DNA of 64,000 bases from Octopus vulgaris (Eukaryota): positions 94,116,001 to 94,180,000 of the forward strand of contig OX597821.1 in assembly GCA_951406725.2 (NCBI GenBank), in the 5' to 3' direction. Made by a program: the position numbers and the translations under genes. Shown here piece by piece: positions 41,453 through 55,866 of this stretch (its first letter is position 1; every line of letters starts with the position of its first letter). The notes beneath the pieces are model-generated. The model saw only the letters and a list, made by a program, of their open reading frames with translations. It searched no databases and was not told the DNA's origin.

Positions 41453-41612
41453 GATTGACTCCAATGTTGGTGACGCTGACATGAATATTGAAGCTGCACA
41501 CACAGAATTACTGAAGTACTTCCGGTCCATTTCCACAAATCGATGGTTATTGATCAAAATATTCATAGTTCTTATGGTATTTTTTGTTTTCTTTGTCAAA
41601 TTCATACTGTAA
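41453..41612 (+). CDS. STX5: Syntaxin-5, last coding exon, SNARE C-terminus plus transmembrane anchor (IDSNV...STNRWLLIKIFIVLMVFFVFFVKFIL*)
   Basis: Long pyrimidine tract plus ccag acceptor; AAHxELLKYF and NRWL motifs; TAA ends 41612. Confidence 0.96.
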
Positions 41613-41625
41613 TTTATGCGATAAA

Positions 41626-41631
41626 AATAAA
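41626..41631 (+). terminator. Candidate polyadenylation signal AATAAA of STX5
   Basis: First AATAAA after the stop codon, in AT-rich sequence; may not be the site used. Confidence 0.3.
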
Positions 41632-41636
41632 TATTA

Positions 41637-41674
<38 letters not shown>

Positions 41675-42662
41675 TTATTATTAAACTATAAACAATCATA
41701 TTTACACTCTTCATAGATGGCTGCTGTTTGTCAGTTTATTTATTTTTTATTTTTGTTTCTTCATAAATGTTGGTTCTTGAGAATGTGAGATCGCAGATGG
41801 CAGAGTGGTTCAGGTACTGGCTGACCTGACAAGAAGGTCGGTAGTTCTAATCTCAACAACACAGCTAAGAAGATACTTAACCTTTGAATGCCTTAGTTCA
41901 TTTAGCTGTAGATAGCTCTCAAGCATGGCTGTATACTTAAGAAGCTTAAGGCGGCAAGCTGGCAGAGACGTTAGCATGCCGGGCGAAATGCATAGCCGTA
42001 TTTCGTCTGCCGTTACGTTCTGAGTTCAAATTCCGCCGAGGTCGACTTTGCCTTTCATCCTTTCGGGGTCGATAAATTAAGTACCAGTTATGCACTGGGG
42101 TCGATATAATCGACTTAATCCGTTTGTCTGTCCTTGTTTGTCCTCTCTATGTTTAGCCCCATGTGGGTAGTAAAGAAATATGTATACTTAAGAAGCTTGC
42201 TTGAAATCGTGTGTTTTTAATTTTAGTTGCACTGCATGGTACCCTATGCATGTGTTTGTTTGCTATAGCCCTGGGCCAGAAGATTCTACATCTACTTCGA
42301 GTTTGAATTGTTTGTAGTAGAATGGATGATGAATGGTGAAAGTCAATACCTGCAGAATTTGGACAGAAAGGGACATAATTGAGAACAGTTTGTTAGTCAC
42401 ACTTCTCTATTCCCATTATTATTACAATAGTAATTTCTAACATAGGAAGGAGAGTATCGTATATTGATCTGTAACATTTGATGAGTACTTAGTTTACTCT
42501 TGTTTCAGTCATTTGACAGTGGCCATGCTGGAGCACTGCCTTTAGTCAAAGCAAATCAACCTCAGGACTTATTCTTTGTAACCCTAGTACTTATTCTATC
42601 GGTCTCTTTTGCCGATCCGTTAAGTTATGAGGACGTAAGACACACAAACACACACATATACA

Positions 42663-42708
<46 letters not shown>

Positions 42709-43937
42709 TGTATACGATGGGCTTCTTTCAGTTTCCGTCTACCAAATCCACTCACAAGGGTTTGGTCGGCCCGAGGCTATAATAGAAGACACTTGCCCAA
42801 GGTGCCACGCAGTGGGACTGAACCCGGAACCATGTAATTGGTAAGCAAGCTACTTACGACACAGCCACTCCTACGCCCAGTTTATTGATGCCAGAAAAGT
42901 ATTTATGAATGAATTTTGTTGACAGAAACTGTGTGGAAGCCCATTGTATGTGTGTGTGTAGTTGGAATGACAAAGGAATAAACAATTGTTATGAACTTCA
43001 TTGGCTTACAGCTGTTTCTGCTATATAAGATACAATGTACTCATTTTGAGTACTTCACTGTCACCCTATAGCTTCATTGGACCTTATGTATGTGTGAAGG
43101 CACGTGGCTTAGTGGTTAGGGGTGTTCGGCTCATGATCGTAAACGTGATGAGTTCAATTCCTGGCGGTGCATTGTGTCCTTGAGCAAGACACTTTATTTC
43201 ACGTTGCTCCAGTCCACTCAGCTCACAAAAATGAGTAGTACCTGTATTTCAAAGGGCCAGCCTTGTGACGCTGAATCTCCCCGAGAACTACGTTAAGGGT
43301 ACACATGTTTGTGGAGTGCTCAGCCACTTGCACGTTAATTTCATGAGCAAGCTGTCCCGTTGATCATATCAGCTGGGTCCCTCGTTGTCGCAACCGACAG
43401 AGTGCTCCTTCATGTATGTGTGTAAATGTATATGTGTGTATGCATGCATGCCCCACCTTACTACTTGGCAACTGGCATGGGTTTGTTTATGTCCCTGCAA
43501 TTTAGTAGTTTGGCAAAAGAAACTGAAAGAATAAGTCCCAGATGTAAAAAGGGCTGATTTGTTTGACTAAAGCCTTCAAGACTGTGCCCTAGCATGGCTG
43601 CAGCCCAATGACTGAAATAAAAGGCATAAAATATGGTAAGACTAACTTTGAGTCAGCTGATTAATGTTGTGTAGCCCCATGTTAGTCTTGATTGAGCTGA
43701 CCTATGATTAAAGACATTCCAGGCATGGCCATCCAATCCTTTTTTTTTCTACGTGCAAGAAATCCAGGAATACAGAGTGAGATTTGAGAGAGACTTGGTT
43801 ACTATTTCTGGTAGGGTGGTGACCATGAAGAGGCTCTCGTTGGGTCAGGCTGCAGCAATACATAATGGATAACCATTTCATTAACCAACAGTGGTGAGTT
43901 CAAATATTGATATGAGTGTGTGTGTGTATGTATATAC

Positions 43938-43969
<32 letters not shown>

Positions 43970-44190
43970 TGGTGTAGCTATGTGGCTAAACAGTTTGCTC
44001 TTCAACGACCAGATGCTTTTAGTGTCGCCAATGATTACCTGATTTCAAGAGTTTTTTTAACTAAGGAATTCAAAAGCAGAATGTTTGTAGCAGTTTGTTG
44101 TAGTCCAGCCATAAACAATGATTGTACCATTTGTGGATGAGCTGGACTATCTTAAGTAACTTGATATATATATATGTATATAAATATATA

Positions 44191-45640
44191 TATTGGGTCA
44201 TCTCCTAAACAATGCATTTTTTTTTATACTTCTTTTATTTTTTAAAATTAGAGTTCTTTTTTAATCTAAAACAGGGGTGGGGAAACTTTTTAGTGCGGTG
44301 GGCAAAAATTTACAAGGAAAAAAGGTCCACTGGCAGATCACAAGTTCTAACTCTTACATCTGTATAGATCTTGGATATAATGTATAATTCGATATACATT
44401 AATAAAGATAAGTTTAATGCATTAAATTAATGTGTAACATCTTCATTGATGCTGCCACTGAATTCAGGACATATATATCGCTTATGAAGTTTCTATATTT
44501 TTCAGCTAGAGTGTAGTTGGGTCTCAAGGGTGTGGTACAAACCTAGCAATATGTGTTTTATAGTGAAAACGAAATTTCCATTCAAATGGCAATTACCGAA
44601 CGATTATCTGTTCGAGTCAAACCATTTTAAGTAATAGTGGAAATACGACCTATGACGCAAATAGGCATATGAATATTGTATAAATTTTATAATTGAAAAA
44701 TTTACTATATTTTGTACATATGAGTATATCAGCCTGCAAGGATAATAAAATGGGCTCATAGGCACAATTGTGCCCATAGATAGGGGTTTCTCCACCCCTG
44801 TTCTAAAACATATACTCCATTTTCTACAATGCTCTTTCATCTATCCGGTAGACTTGCAAGGCCCCTCTTCCAAAATTCACTTGTCCACGACAGAAAATAC
44901 TCCTCTAGTACTGTTCTGACCTCTTGTACAGAATTCGTATTTTTTCCGTCCAAATGATTTTGAAGACTGCAGAACAAATGATAATCAGATGAGACAATGT
45001 TCGGCGATTATGGTGGGTGGGGCATCGTTTCCCCATTCAAACTGTTCCAGCCTTTGGAATGTCATCTTTGCTGTATGTGGCTGAGCATTATCCTGATGGA
45101 AGAACACCTTTTGTCTTGAAACCAAAGATGGTCATTTACTGATGGGATGTAGGTGTTGATGAATGGTTGAATGACCAAATCCAAGCTTCTCAGCTAGTTC
45201 CTCAACTGTTACGTTAGGATTTTGTTCCACCAAGTTCTGCAGGATGTCCTCATCGAGCTCTACGGATCTTCCAGGATGAAGCTTGTCTTCGAGGCTGTAG
45301 TTTCTGGTTCGAATTTCTGGAACCACTGTCCACACTGGTTTATGCTTATTGTCCAAAGCTCATATACTGCATTACTATTCCTCATTCTTTCTGTTGCATT
45401 GTTGCCTTTATTGAAGTCCTAAGGCAAAATATGCTGAATATGCTCCTTTGTCACTGCCATTATAGTTTTGAAAAAAATAACTATTAAAATCGAACTGCAC
45501 TCATCAAAATTTGCACTAAGAATAAGTACTAGGGAAAATTACTACCTGCTTTAATAGTAAGTTGACAGTTAGCTTATCCTGTCCTCCTCCAACTTTTAGT
45601 TTATGCAATTGAAAAAAACGCATTATTTATGGGATGATCC

Positions 45641-45644
<4 letters not shown>
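44191..45644 (-). mobile_element. Decayed mariner transposon
   Basis: TIRs tattgggtcatc..aatgc / gcatt..gatgatccaata inside (TA)n; minus-strand HTH (GRSVELDEDIL...TVEELAEKLG) and HQDNA..PHTA...PHPP..SP...SDYHLF motifs with stops and a deletion. Confidence 0.88.
44272..44800. mobile_element. hAT-like MITE nested in the mariner
   Basis: TIRs CAGGGGTGG..AAAC / GTTT..CCACCCCTG; near-perfect 8-bp TSD atctaaaa/ttctaaaa. Confidence 0.78.
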
Positions 45645-45680
<36 letters not shown>

Positions 45681-46349
45681 GAGGCGCGTGGCCTAGTGGT
45701 TAGGGTGTCAGCATCATGATCGTAAGATTGTGGTTTCGATTCCTGGACCGGGGACGCGTTGTGTTCTTGAGCAAAACACTTCATTTAACGTTGCTCCAGT
45801 CCACTTCCCGGTTTCAATGGCGTATGTGTTCCCCAGCTGGACGGGACGCCAGTCCATCGCAGCGTTACTCATTTTTCAGTTCGCTCTTCCTGGGACTTTA
45901 ATATAGTTATAAGTAGTATGTCTGCGCAGGCACACACACTCACGAAAACATACATACATACATACATATATATATATATAGCCGCGGATTATAAGATAAG
46001 ACCTGAGTATATATAGCTTCACACGTTCGTTATCTTACCATCAACAAAATGATTGCATATTATATATGTATGAATTAATAAGCTGCAGCTGTAATATCTA
46101 ACTATCTATCTATCGTGTATATATATATATATATATATATATAACGTACATATATAGCGCACATATATACATAAAGGCGCACACGTACGTGCGTACTCAC
46201 GAGTACACGCTGTTGTAATAATTCTTGACAATTGACAAGTGTAGGGCATAATTTAAGACTTCGAAATCCACTCCTCATTAAACCTTAATCTATTGCAGCT
46301 GCGTACAGCGAATGACACAACATGTACACACACAAGAATATATGAATTA

Positions 46350-46409
<60 letters not shown>

Positions 46410-46454
46410 ATTTGTATATAATGTTCGTTCATATTCACGTTCCCTATATAAATG

Positions 46455-46506
<52 letters not shown>

Positions 46507-46750
46507 TTCATATAGGCGCAGGATGGCTGTGTGGTAAGTAGCTTGCTTACCACCCACATGCTTCCGGGTTCAGTCCCACTGCGTGTGTGTGTGTGTGTAT
46601 GTATATATATACACATATATATGTTTGTTTGTTTCCCATCACTTGACACCCGTAACTTAGCGGTTCGAGTAAAGGCGATGCTCAAGCATGACAGGAGTCA
46701 AATGACTGAAGCAAGTAAAAAAAGAAAAAGGCAAAGAGTATATACACGTT

Positions 46751-46787
<37 letters not shown>

Positions 46788-47689
46788 CCCCCAAAAAGAA
46801 CAACAAACAAACAACAACGTGAGGACGTGGTACATGTAAAAAATATTAGTAGACGCTCAGGGAAGGAAAGAGATGATTTAACGTTTCGTGCAATGCACTT
46901 CTTCAGAAACAGAGAAAAGTCCGATAGAAAAGAAGACGAAGGAAGAAAATCGCCAACGATTCACATATGGTTATATATATATATATGTGTGTGTGTGTGT
47001 AAACGTTCCCTATATATATAAAGATTCAGTTGATGTAATGTTTTCATTAATCAATTAAAGGAGTCGCTTGAAACGGCCGTAATGAATTAACACTTGTACA
47101 TCATCGTTACTCGTATATATATATATATATATATATAGTTCTGTAGCGCGCCAACAGATGACAGCACGCGGTTGCGTGCGCTGTGAGAACTAGCAGCGAC
47201 CTTCACGTGACTGTGTGCCGAGTGCATCGCTGTGTTTACTTCGCAAGTTGTGAAATTTGTGTTTTTGTGATCACATGTATGCCGTAGTCTATGATTTTTT
47301 TTCATGGACAAGAACAAAGAACCTACGTGAAATATTGCTATTTTGCCTGCGTGTCCCCCACCCCGCCAGAAAAAAAAAAACTTATATGGACCCCCAGAGA
47401 TCACATGGACCATGGTTGAGAACTACTGTTTTTCAGATGCTGATGTAGTCACCAACAGACATAGACAACCGCTTGACTATTTCATTATGTGACTCAGCAG
47501 CACATCCAGGATGTGGAAGCTAGAGAGAGAGAAGAGAGAGGGAGAGCAAGCTGTGCCGCCAGTACTTAAGTGATATCAATTTTCAGTTGAGTAGGCAGGA
47601 CCAACGTGAAATGAAGTGCTTTGCTCAACGACATATGTTGCCGCCCTGTCGAGGTATTAAATATATGGCATTATAATCCAGGTTGAACA

Positions 47690-48996
47690 TCCTAATCAAC
47701 AATCCACGCATCTTTACGTTTAGTTGTACAAAAGACAAAAAAACTCGGGTTTGGCCTCTGCTGAGATACAAGAAAATGGCTGAATGTAACATGAATTTGG
47801 TATAGATACCTGTAACTGGACTGAAATAACTGAGAACAGAACCTAGTGGAGAAGATCGATTCACTTCCAATACGACTGATATTTTCTATGGAGGGAGATG
47901 TAAATAACCGGTTCTTAGATCTTCTAAGGATTCTATTGAAATCGTGAAGTGATCAGAGAGACGGGGAATAAAATATTAACAAGATATTGGAAGTATTCAC
48001 GGATTAACCGTCAGCTGGTACAGTTTATATCATCAAAATTCACAACAATATGAAGAGATTTTGAGGAAAATTTAGCGAAAACTTTTATGTTATTATCGTA
48101 TTTAACGAATATCCAATATCGATAAATTTTCAAGCATTAATCAGAAAATATTGATTTTTTTTTTACTCTGGGTTCTTCTGTGAGCTTGTACAGTTCACAT
48201 AATCCAAGTTACATAAGAATTTGGGCAAACTTGAAAGAAAAATCCATGTTGTAAACTGTGCTTAACAAACATCCAATATCAAGAATTAATGACAAAATAT
48301 TGAATATTGAATTTTTCGAACGCTTTGTATATGCGTGTACACGCGTGCGTACGTGCGCACCTTTACGTGTGTGTGTATATGCGCCAGGTAACTGTGAACG
48401 AAATAAAATAAAGGGGGCGGGGCATTAAACAGAAAAAAAAAAATAGCAATATACTTTTAGAACAATGATATGCTTGTTCAATCCTATCATACCTTATAAC
48501 AGTGGTGCGGCGGAAGAGAGGATGATTTAGAAACGGTTTCAAAACATTCATATGCCAAAAATAAATGTGATTTCAAGATTTAAAATATAATTGGACTCTT
48601 TTTGGATATATAGCCAGAAACAATATCCATGTGTTTCTTCAAAAGCGTTATCCATTCTTCTACAGTTCTCCACGACATATTACTCTGAACAAGGATCTTC
48701 AGTTCTGACAAACATCAAAAACCAAAAAAGGGAAAATTTTCTGTGTTGATGAGGAGATGAGAGTTTGTTTATATCAAATAAAGGAGATTACTCGTCAAAA
48801 TCAAGCTCATACCTTTCATTAAATTTATGTACTTTATTCATATTATTAACAGTATTAAATATTATATTTATCGCACTATCAGTCGTTTTTAAAAAAAAAT
48901 TTTAACGTACTTTTTATCACATAAAGTTTGATGAGGCGCGAAAATATTTTCATTCCGAAAATGCGGCCCAGAGAAAAAAATGTTTGGGAACCACTG
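47690..48996 (+). mobile_element. hAT (Charlie/ZBED-type) transposon remnant
   Basis: C-terminal dimerisation-like LLQFSTTYYSEQGSSVLTNIK...DEEMRVCL near 48650-48780; 3' TIR gtttgggaaccactg. Confidence 0.6.
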
Positions 48997-49014
48997 CCTT
49001 ATAGAGACAGGGTT

Positions 49015-49045
<31 letters not shown>

Positions 49046-50977
49046 TTTTGTGAGGGGAAACCGTTCTCAGCCTCGCCGATGGCCTCGGTGCTAGTACGGA
49101 AGCCACTACATGCCAGAATCGGGTGGGTCTTATTCACTGTTGCTCATTACGTATACAATGGCAGCCTGTCTTTTGTATTATGGATCTACCGTTTGGTCTA
49201 CTTTTTCGACGACCCGCTTAATATGGTATGTAGCTAAGCCCATGAGGTTCAGATCAAGAAAGCTAGAAGTTTTGCGTTGATGGTGTCTCATGGACGGGGA
49301 ATTCTTCATCAGCCACTTTTGAATTATGAAAATCAAGGGATCACAGTTCTGCTGGCACACATTTAGTCTTACCTATATATTATTTTCCAATGAGACATGA
49401 TTCAGTAGCCAGAATAGTCTGGAACAGAATAAAAATAAAGAAACTACTTTGACACAAAGTTGACTATACTGTATCCGATGGGTGAAATTTGGGGGAAGGA
49501 GATAGTCGATTATATCGACCCCAGTGTGTAACTGGTACTTAATTTATCGACCCCGAAAGGATGAAAGGCAAAGTTGACCTCGGCGAAATTTGAACTCAGA
49601 ACGTAGCGGCAGACAAAATACCTATTTCTTTACTGCCCACAAGGGGCTAAACACAGAGAGGACAAACAAGGACAGACAAACGGATTAAGTCGATTATATC
49701 GACCCCAGTGCGTAACTAGTACTTATTTAATCGACCTCGAAAGGGATGAAAGGCAAAGTCGACCTGGCTTTGTGTATAAGAAAATACCGGAGGATCAGTT
49801 AATAATGACTTTATTCAACATATTCCCCTCTCAGATTTACACACTTATTGCAGCGGTTTTTCAGGTTTTCTAAGTCCTGTAAAAAGAACTCGAAAGGTTG
49901 GACCTCCAGCCAGGCCTTTCGCGACACCCTTAAAGCCTAGAACTTTTCAGCATCCCCTCATAGTGTTAGAGCTAAAAATTAAAACAGCCATAGTATTAGG
50001 ACACAACTGATTAGTTATTGTTGTGTGAGGCCCACTAGAGAAAAATATGCGATTTTATGGAAAATACAAGAGAAAGACAGCGTATATGGAACCAGTGTTG
50101 AGGAGTTTGCAAATCTGGTATCCGCTTGACTATTTCATTATGTGACTCAGCAGCACATCCAGGATGTGGAAGCTAGAGAGAGGGAGAGGAAGCTGTGCCG
50201 CCAGTACTTAAGTGATATCAATTTTCAGTTGAGTAGGTGGGATCAACGTGAAATGAAGTGCTTTCAATTTCATACCTGTCATTATTTTTATTAGAGTAAG
50301 GCGGCGAGCCGGCAGAAACGTTAGCACGCCGGGCGAAATGCTTAGCGGTATTTCGTCTGCCGCTACGTTCTGAGTTCAAATTCCGCCGAGGTCGACTTTA
50401 CCTTTCATCCTTTCGGGGTCGATTAAATAAGTACTAGTTATGCACTGAGGTCGATATAATCGATTTAATCCGTTTGTCTGTCCTTGTTTGTCCTCTCTGT
50501 GTTTAGCCCCTTCTGGGTAGTAAAGAAATAGGTATTTCGTCTGCTGCTACGTTCTGAGTTCAAATTTCGCCGAGGTCAACTTTGCCTTTCATCCTTTCGG
50601 GGTCGATAAATTAAGTACCAGTTACGCACTGGGGTCGATATAATCGACTATCTCCTTCCCCCAAATTTCAGGCCTTGTGCCTACAGTAAAAAGGATTATT
50701 ATTATTAGAGCAAGAGGATATATATCAACCCGTCTAGAGCAAAGTATGGCTTAATTTGGGTCATTGGAGAGAGAATACAATTCCTTAATTCATACGCTAC
50801 AAATGATTTCGATATCTTGGGCAGTAAGAATCTGCAAGATCTTCTTAAGATTTAAAGGACGATGAACAAAGCAAGATACTTTCCTTCACAGCCTTGGGAG
50901 TGGCCGGTCAAAATTAACTCTAAAAAAAGAAATAGAAAACATGCATACACGCAAACAAACAGGCCTACATAATGCCA

Positions 50978-51484
50978 AAGGTGGGCACCGTTAATCGAAA
51001 AATTAACTTCATTAACCGATAATCCGTTAACGAAAAATTTAACTTCGATAACCGTTAATCAGTTAATTCTTTAAAAATGTAACGGACGTTACCAATAAAC
51101 CGTTAACATTAATTTTTTAAAAAATTAGTTTTTGCTCTAAAACCACATAAAAACATCTTTAGAAAGTGCACAACCTATAAAACCAGCCTTTTTGTGGCCC
51201 TCTTAAGGACTTTAGAAGCCCAAAACTATATATATATATATATATATATACGAAAGAAGGTTTGAAAATGCAATTTAAAAGATGTTTATTTACTTTACCG
51301 GTTTCACTCTTTGGAAAAAGATTGTCAAAAGTAACATGTAGAAGTTTGGTTACTACATGTTACTTTTGACAATCTTTTTCCAAAGAGTGAAACCGGTAAA
51401 GTAAATAAACATCCTTTAAATTGCATTTTCAAACCTTCTTTCGTATATAATTCCACTCGTGCGGTACCCCACAACTCCACTTTG

Positions 51485-51526
<42 letters not shown>

Positions 51527-51812
51527 CTTTAGAGTTTTATAAATGCTGATATTAACTTTTAAATGACTCAAGAAAGGCTGACTTCATAGCTTTGGTCCCT
51601 ATTTAGATGTTTAAAGGTTTTTAGAGCCAGAAAAGAGTACAAAAATAAGTAAATAGATAAATAAAATGAAACACACTATTAGTATTAAACTAAAAAAAGT
51701 TTATTAATAAAGTGGCCGTAAAAAAATAAATGAAAAACACGATATATACACAATTCAAGCGATGAAGATGTTAACTTCGTTAATTAACGATTAACGGATT
51801 AACGGTCTGGTT
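50978..51812. mobile_element. Non-autonomous DNA element with subterminal CCGTTAA repeats; hosts a 205-bp hairpin
   Basis: Imperfect TIRs caaaggtggg/cccaggtttg and clustered ccgttaa/ttaacgg motifs at both ends. Confidence 0.55.
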
Positions 51813-51829
51813 CCCAGGTTTGCATAATG

Positions 51830-52452
51830 CATCCATATATACATACATGAATACATACATACACACATACATTCACATAATACATACATACATACATACA
51901 TACATACATACATACATACATACATACACACACATACATACATACATACACACACATACATACATACATACATACATACACATACACACATGCATACATA
52001 CATACACACACACATACATACGTACGTACATACATACATACATACATACATACATACACACATACATTCACATAATACATACATACATACATACATACAT
52101 ACATACACACACATACATACATACATACATACATACACACACATACATACATACATACATACATACACATACACACATGCATACATACATACACACACAC
52201 ATACATACGTACGTACATACATACATACATACATACATACATACATACATACATACATACACACATACATTCACATAATACATACATACATACATACATA
52301 CATTCATACATACATACCTGCATACATACATACATACGTAAATACATACATACATACATACATACATACCTGCATACATACATACATACGTAAATACATA
52401 CATACATACATACATACATACATACATACATACATACATACATACATACATA
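51830..52452. repeat. Compound (TACA)n microsatellite
   Basis: Direct reading; similar arrays at 54200-54715 and 55455-55560. Confidence 0.95.
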
Positions 52453-52469
52453 CGGTACTACCTCCCTAT

Positions 52470-53240
52470 GCGGCACGATGTTGCTAAAACAATTTACAAC
52501 ACCATCCACAAAAAAAAAAGACTGTCCTGAAATAAACTTAGAACATGTACTCTGTTACGGAATAAATTCATAAACACCAACTGAAAGAATACTGGTGGAA
52601 TATTCCCATCAAAACTTCTATCGAATGCTGACATAACAGGCTGGGTATTGCTGTTTGGGACAGAGGGGCAAAGGTACATACCATCATAGAGGTCAGCTAC
52701 CCTGCAGATATAAATATCTCTTTGAAAAAAAGAGGATGTCTATGGACAACTGCTTCGAAACCTTCAGCTTTTATATCCAGACTATGAATTCATATTCATA
52801 CCAATAATAAAAGGAGCACTAGGTTTAGTTAGTAAATGCTTAAAGGAGAATCGACCGGCTAATTTGTACATTACAAGTGCAATCTGTGAATGGAACAGTA
52901 AAAATAATACAAAACTTTTCTCAAGTTCTAAATGCGAATTTGTCTGTGCCTTGTATCTTTGCTGGAAACCGGTTCCCTCCTCAGTGGAAGATTTATAATA
53001 ATTAAGAAATAGAAGAGACATACATACATACAAACATACAAACAAACAAACAAATAAATAAATAAGAGGAAGAAGACATCTATGAACCATTGATAAAGAG
53101 TTTGGAAATCCAGTACTCGAAATACACTTTCAGCTTCATACCTATTATTATTGGAACAACAGGATTCATACCAACTCATCTGAAGCAAAGTGTGGCTGAA
53201 CTTGGGGTCTTGGATCGAGAATGCAAATCTTTAATTCTTT
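52470..53240 (+). mobile_element. Fragments of a restriction-like-endonuclease LINE 3' region
   Basis: IIEVSYPADINI...YGQLLRNLQLLYPDYEFIFIPIIKGALGLV and YSKYTFSFIPIIIGTTGFIP; related piece near 50720-50900. Confidence 0.55.
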
Positions 53241-55568
53241 ATTGTCCACAAGGGGCTAAACATAGAGAGGACAAACAAGGACAGACAAATGGATTAAGTC
53301 GATTATATCGACCCCAATGTGTAACTGGTACTTAATTTATCGACCCCGAAAGGATGAAAGGCAAAGTCGACCTTGACGGGATTTGAACTCAGAACGTAGC
53401 GGCAGACGAAATACCACAAAGCATTTCATCCGGCGTGCTAACGTTTCTTATTTCTTTATTGCCCACAAGGGGCTAAACATAGAGGGGACAAACAAGGACA
53501 AACAAACGGATTAAGTCGATTACATTGACCCCAGTGCGTAACTGGTACTTAATTTATCGACCCCGAAAGGATGAAAAGCAAAGTCTACCTCGGCGGAATT
53601 TGAAGTCAGAACGTAACGGCAGACGAAATACCACAAAGCATTTCACCCGGGGTGCTAACGTTTCTGCCAGCTCGCTGCCTTAATGCAAATCTTTAATTCT
53701 GACTCTTCAAATGATCACGATATCTGAAACTATACAAATCTGCAAAACCTTAAGATTTAAAGGACAACGAATAAAACAAGATGCTTGCTTTCACAACCTT
53801 GGTAGTGAGCAGGTGGTTGGTCAAAATTTATTCTAAATTGAAAAGAGATAGAAAATATATTCAAAAAAATACAAAAAAATCTGGCTCTCTGTCGGTTACG
53901 ACGGCAAGTGTTCCAATTGATTCAATCAACAAACAGCCTGCTCGTGAAATTAAAGTGCAAGTGGTCGAGTGCACCACAGACACGTGTACCCTTCAAGTAG
54001 TTCTTAGAGAGATTTAGCGTAACGCAGAATGGGACAAGGCAGGCCCTTTGAATCACGAGTACAACTTATTTTTGCCAGCTGAGTGGACTGGAGCAATGTG
54101 AAATAAAGTATCTTGTTCAAGCACACAACGCGTCACCGAAATCGAAATCACGACCTTGCGATCGTGAGCCAACTACTTCAACCACTAAGCCACGCACCTT
54201 CATATACGTACATACATACATACATACACACAAACACATACACATATACATACAGACATACACACATACATTCATGCACACATACACACATACATACATA
54301 CATACATACATACATTCATACATACATACATACACATACATTCATACACACACACATACACACATGCACGCATACACACATACATACATACATACATACA
54401 TACACACATACACACATACAGTCATACACATACACATGCACACATACATACATACACACATACATACATACAAACACACATACACACACACATACATACA
54501 TACACACATACATACATATATACATACATACACACATACATACATACATAAATACATTAATACATACATACATACATACATACATACACACACACACATA
54601 CATACATACATACATACATACATACATACATACATACATACATACATACATACACACATACATACATACATACATACATACATACATACATACATAAATA
54701 CATACACACATACATAAAAGAAACACATATAGCCATACATACATTTGAATATATCGAAATGTCTGGCTTCTGTTTGCTATACAGTAGTAAATACATGAAC
54801 ACGTCAGACAGCATACAAAACGTTTTAGCGGCAAATATCAATCAAATTCTCTATAAGGCTATCATCTATCACCACGAATCTTGACTATTAGTTTAACTTC
54901 ATACTCTAGTCACGTAACTATTCCTTTTCACTGGCTGGGGTTACAGTTTACGTGACGTGCCGTGAGCCACTGGTAGTGGTGTTAGTGTTGGTGCTGCTGT
55001 TATAGTAGGAAAGGAAAGGAAGAAAAAAAGAGAAGCGAATATGATCGACTGTTAGACATTTTACAGCTTATTTCATTCAACAAGTTACAGCAGAAGTCAA
55101 CGTCATTCCGTTCCGAACGTGTCGTCTGATTTATTGTTCTTATGCGGCTGGGGTTTATAAGCATGTCACATATTTAATCGGGTTCGTAATCTCGCGTATA
55201 CATCACGTTATCTGTAAACGGGGGTAGGTGTTTCAACTCTTCCAGACAGACTCACTAAACTTTTACAGCTTTAATGATGACAAGACGTTTCGTTTCAGGG
55301 TACTGGAGAGAGAAAGAGAGAGAGAGAGAGAGGGAGAGAAAGAGAGAGACAGAGACAGAGAGAGCAGGGAGAGGAGAGCTAGAGGTCGACTTAATATATA
55401 CATACACACATAACACATTATATACATACTCACACAAACACACCACACACTCACACATACATACATACATACATACATACATACATACATACATACATAC
55501 ATACATACATACATAGACACATACATACATACATACATACATACATACATACATACATGTGTGTATGC

Positions 55569-55613
<45 letters not shown>

Positions 55614-55781
55614 AATATAGTAAATAGTAAGTATATAGTAAATAGTATATACTATATACTATATACTGAACCTTACAAAGGTCTTGACAATTAATTTGTC
55701 GTATTTACATACCGAAATTTACCGGTAAATAATTGTTGGTTACATGATAAACCACAGGAAAATTATTTACCATTTTTATTG

Positions 55782-55858
<77 letters not shown>

Positions 55859-55866
55859 CATATTTA

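Noticed and set aside
42995-43030. Minus-strand GAAA-CAGCTG-TA half hammerhead
   Set aside because: No CTGANGA box or stem II; too short to call.
51791-54841. Long ORFs rich in MYVC/HTYI (up to 236 aa)
   Set aside because: Translations of (TACA)n microsatellites.
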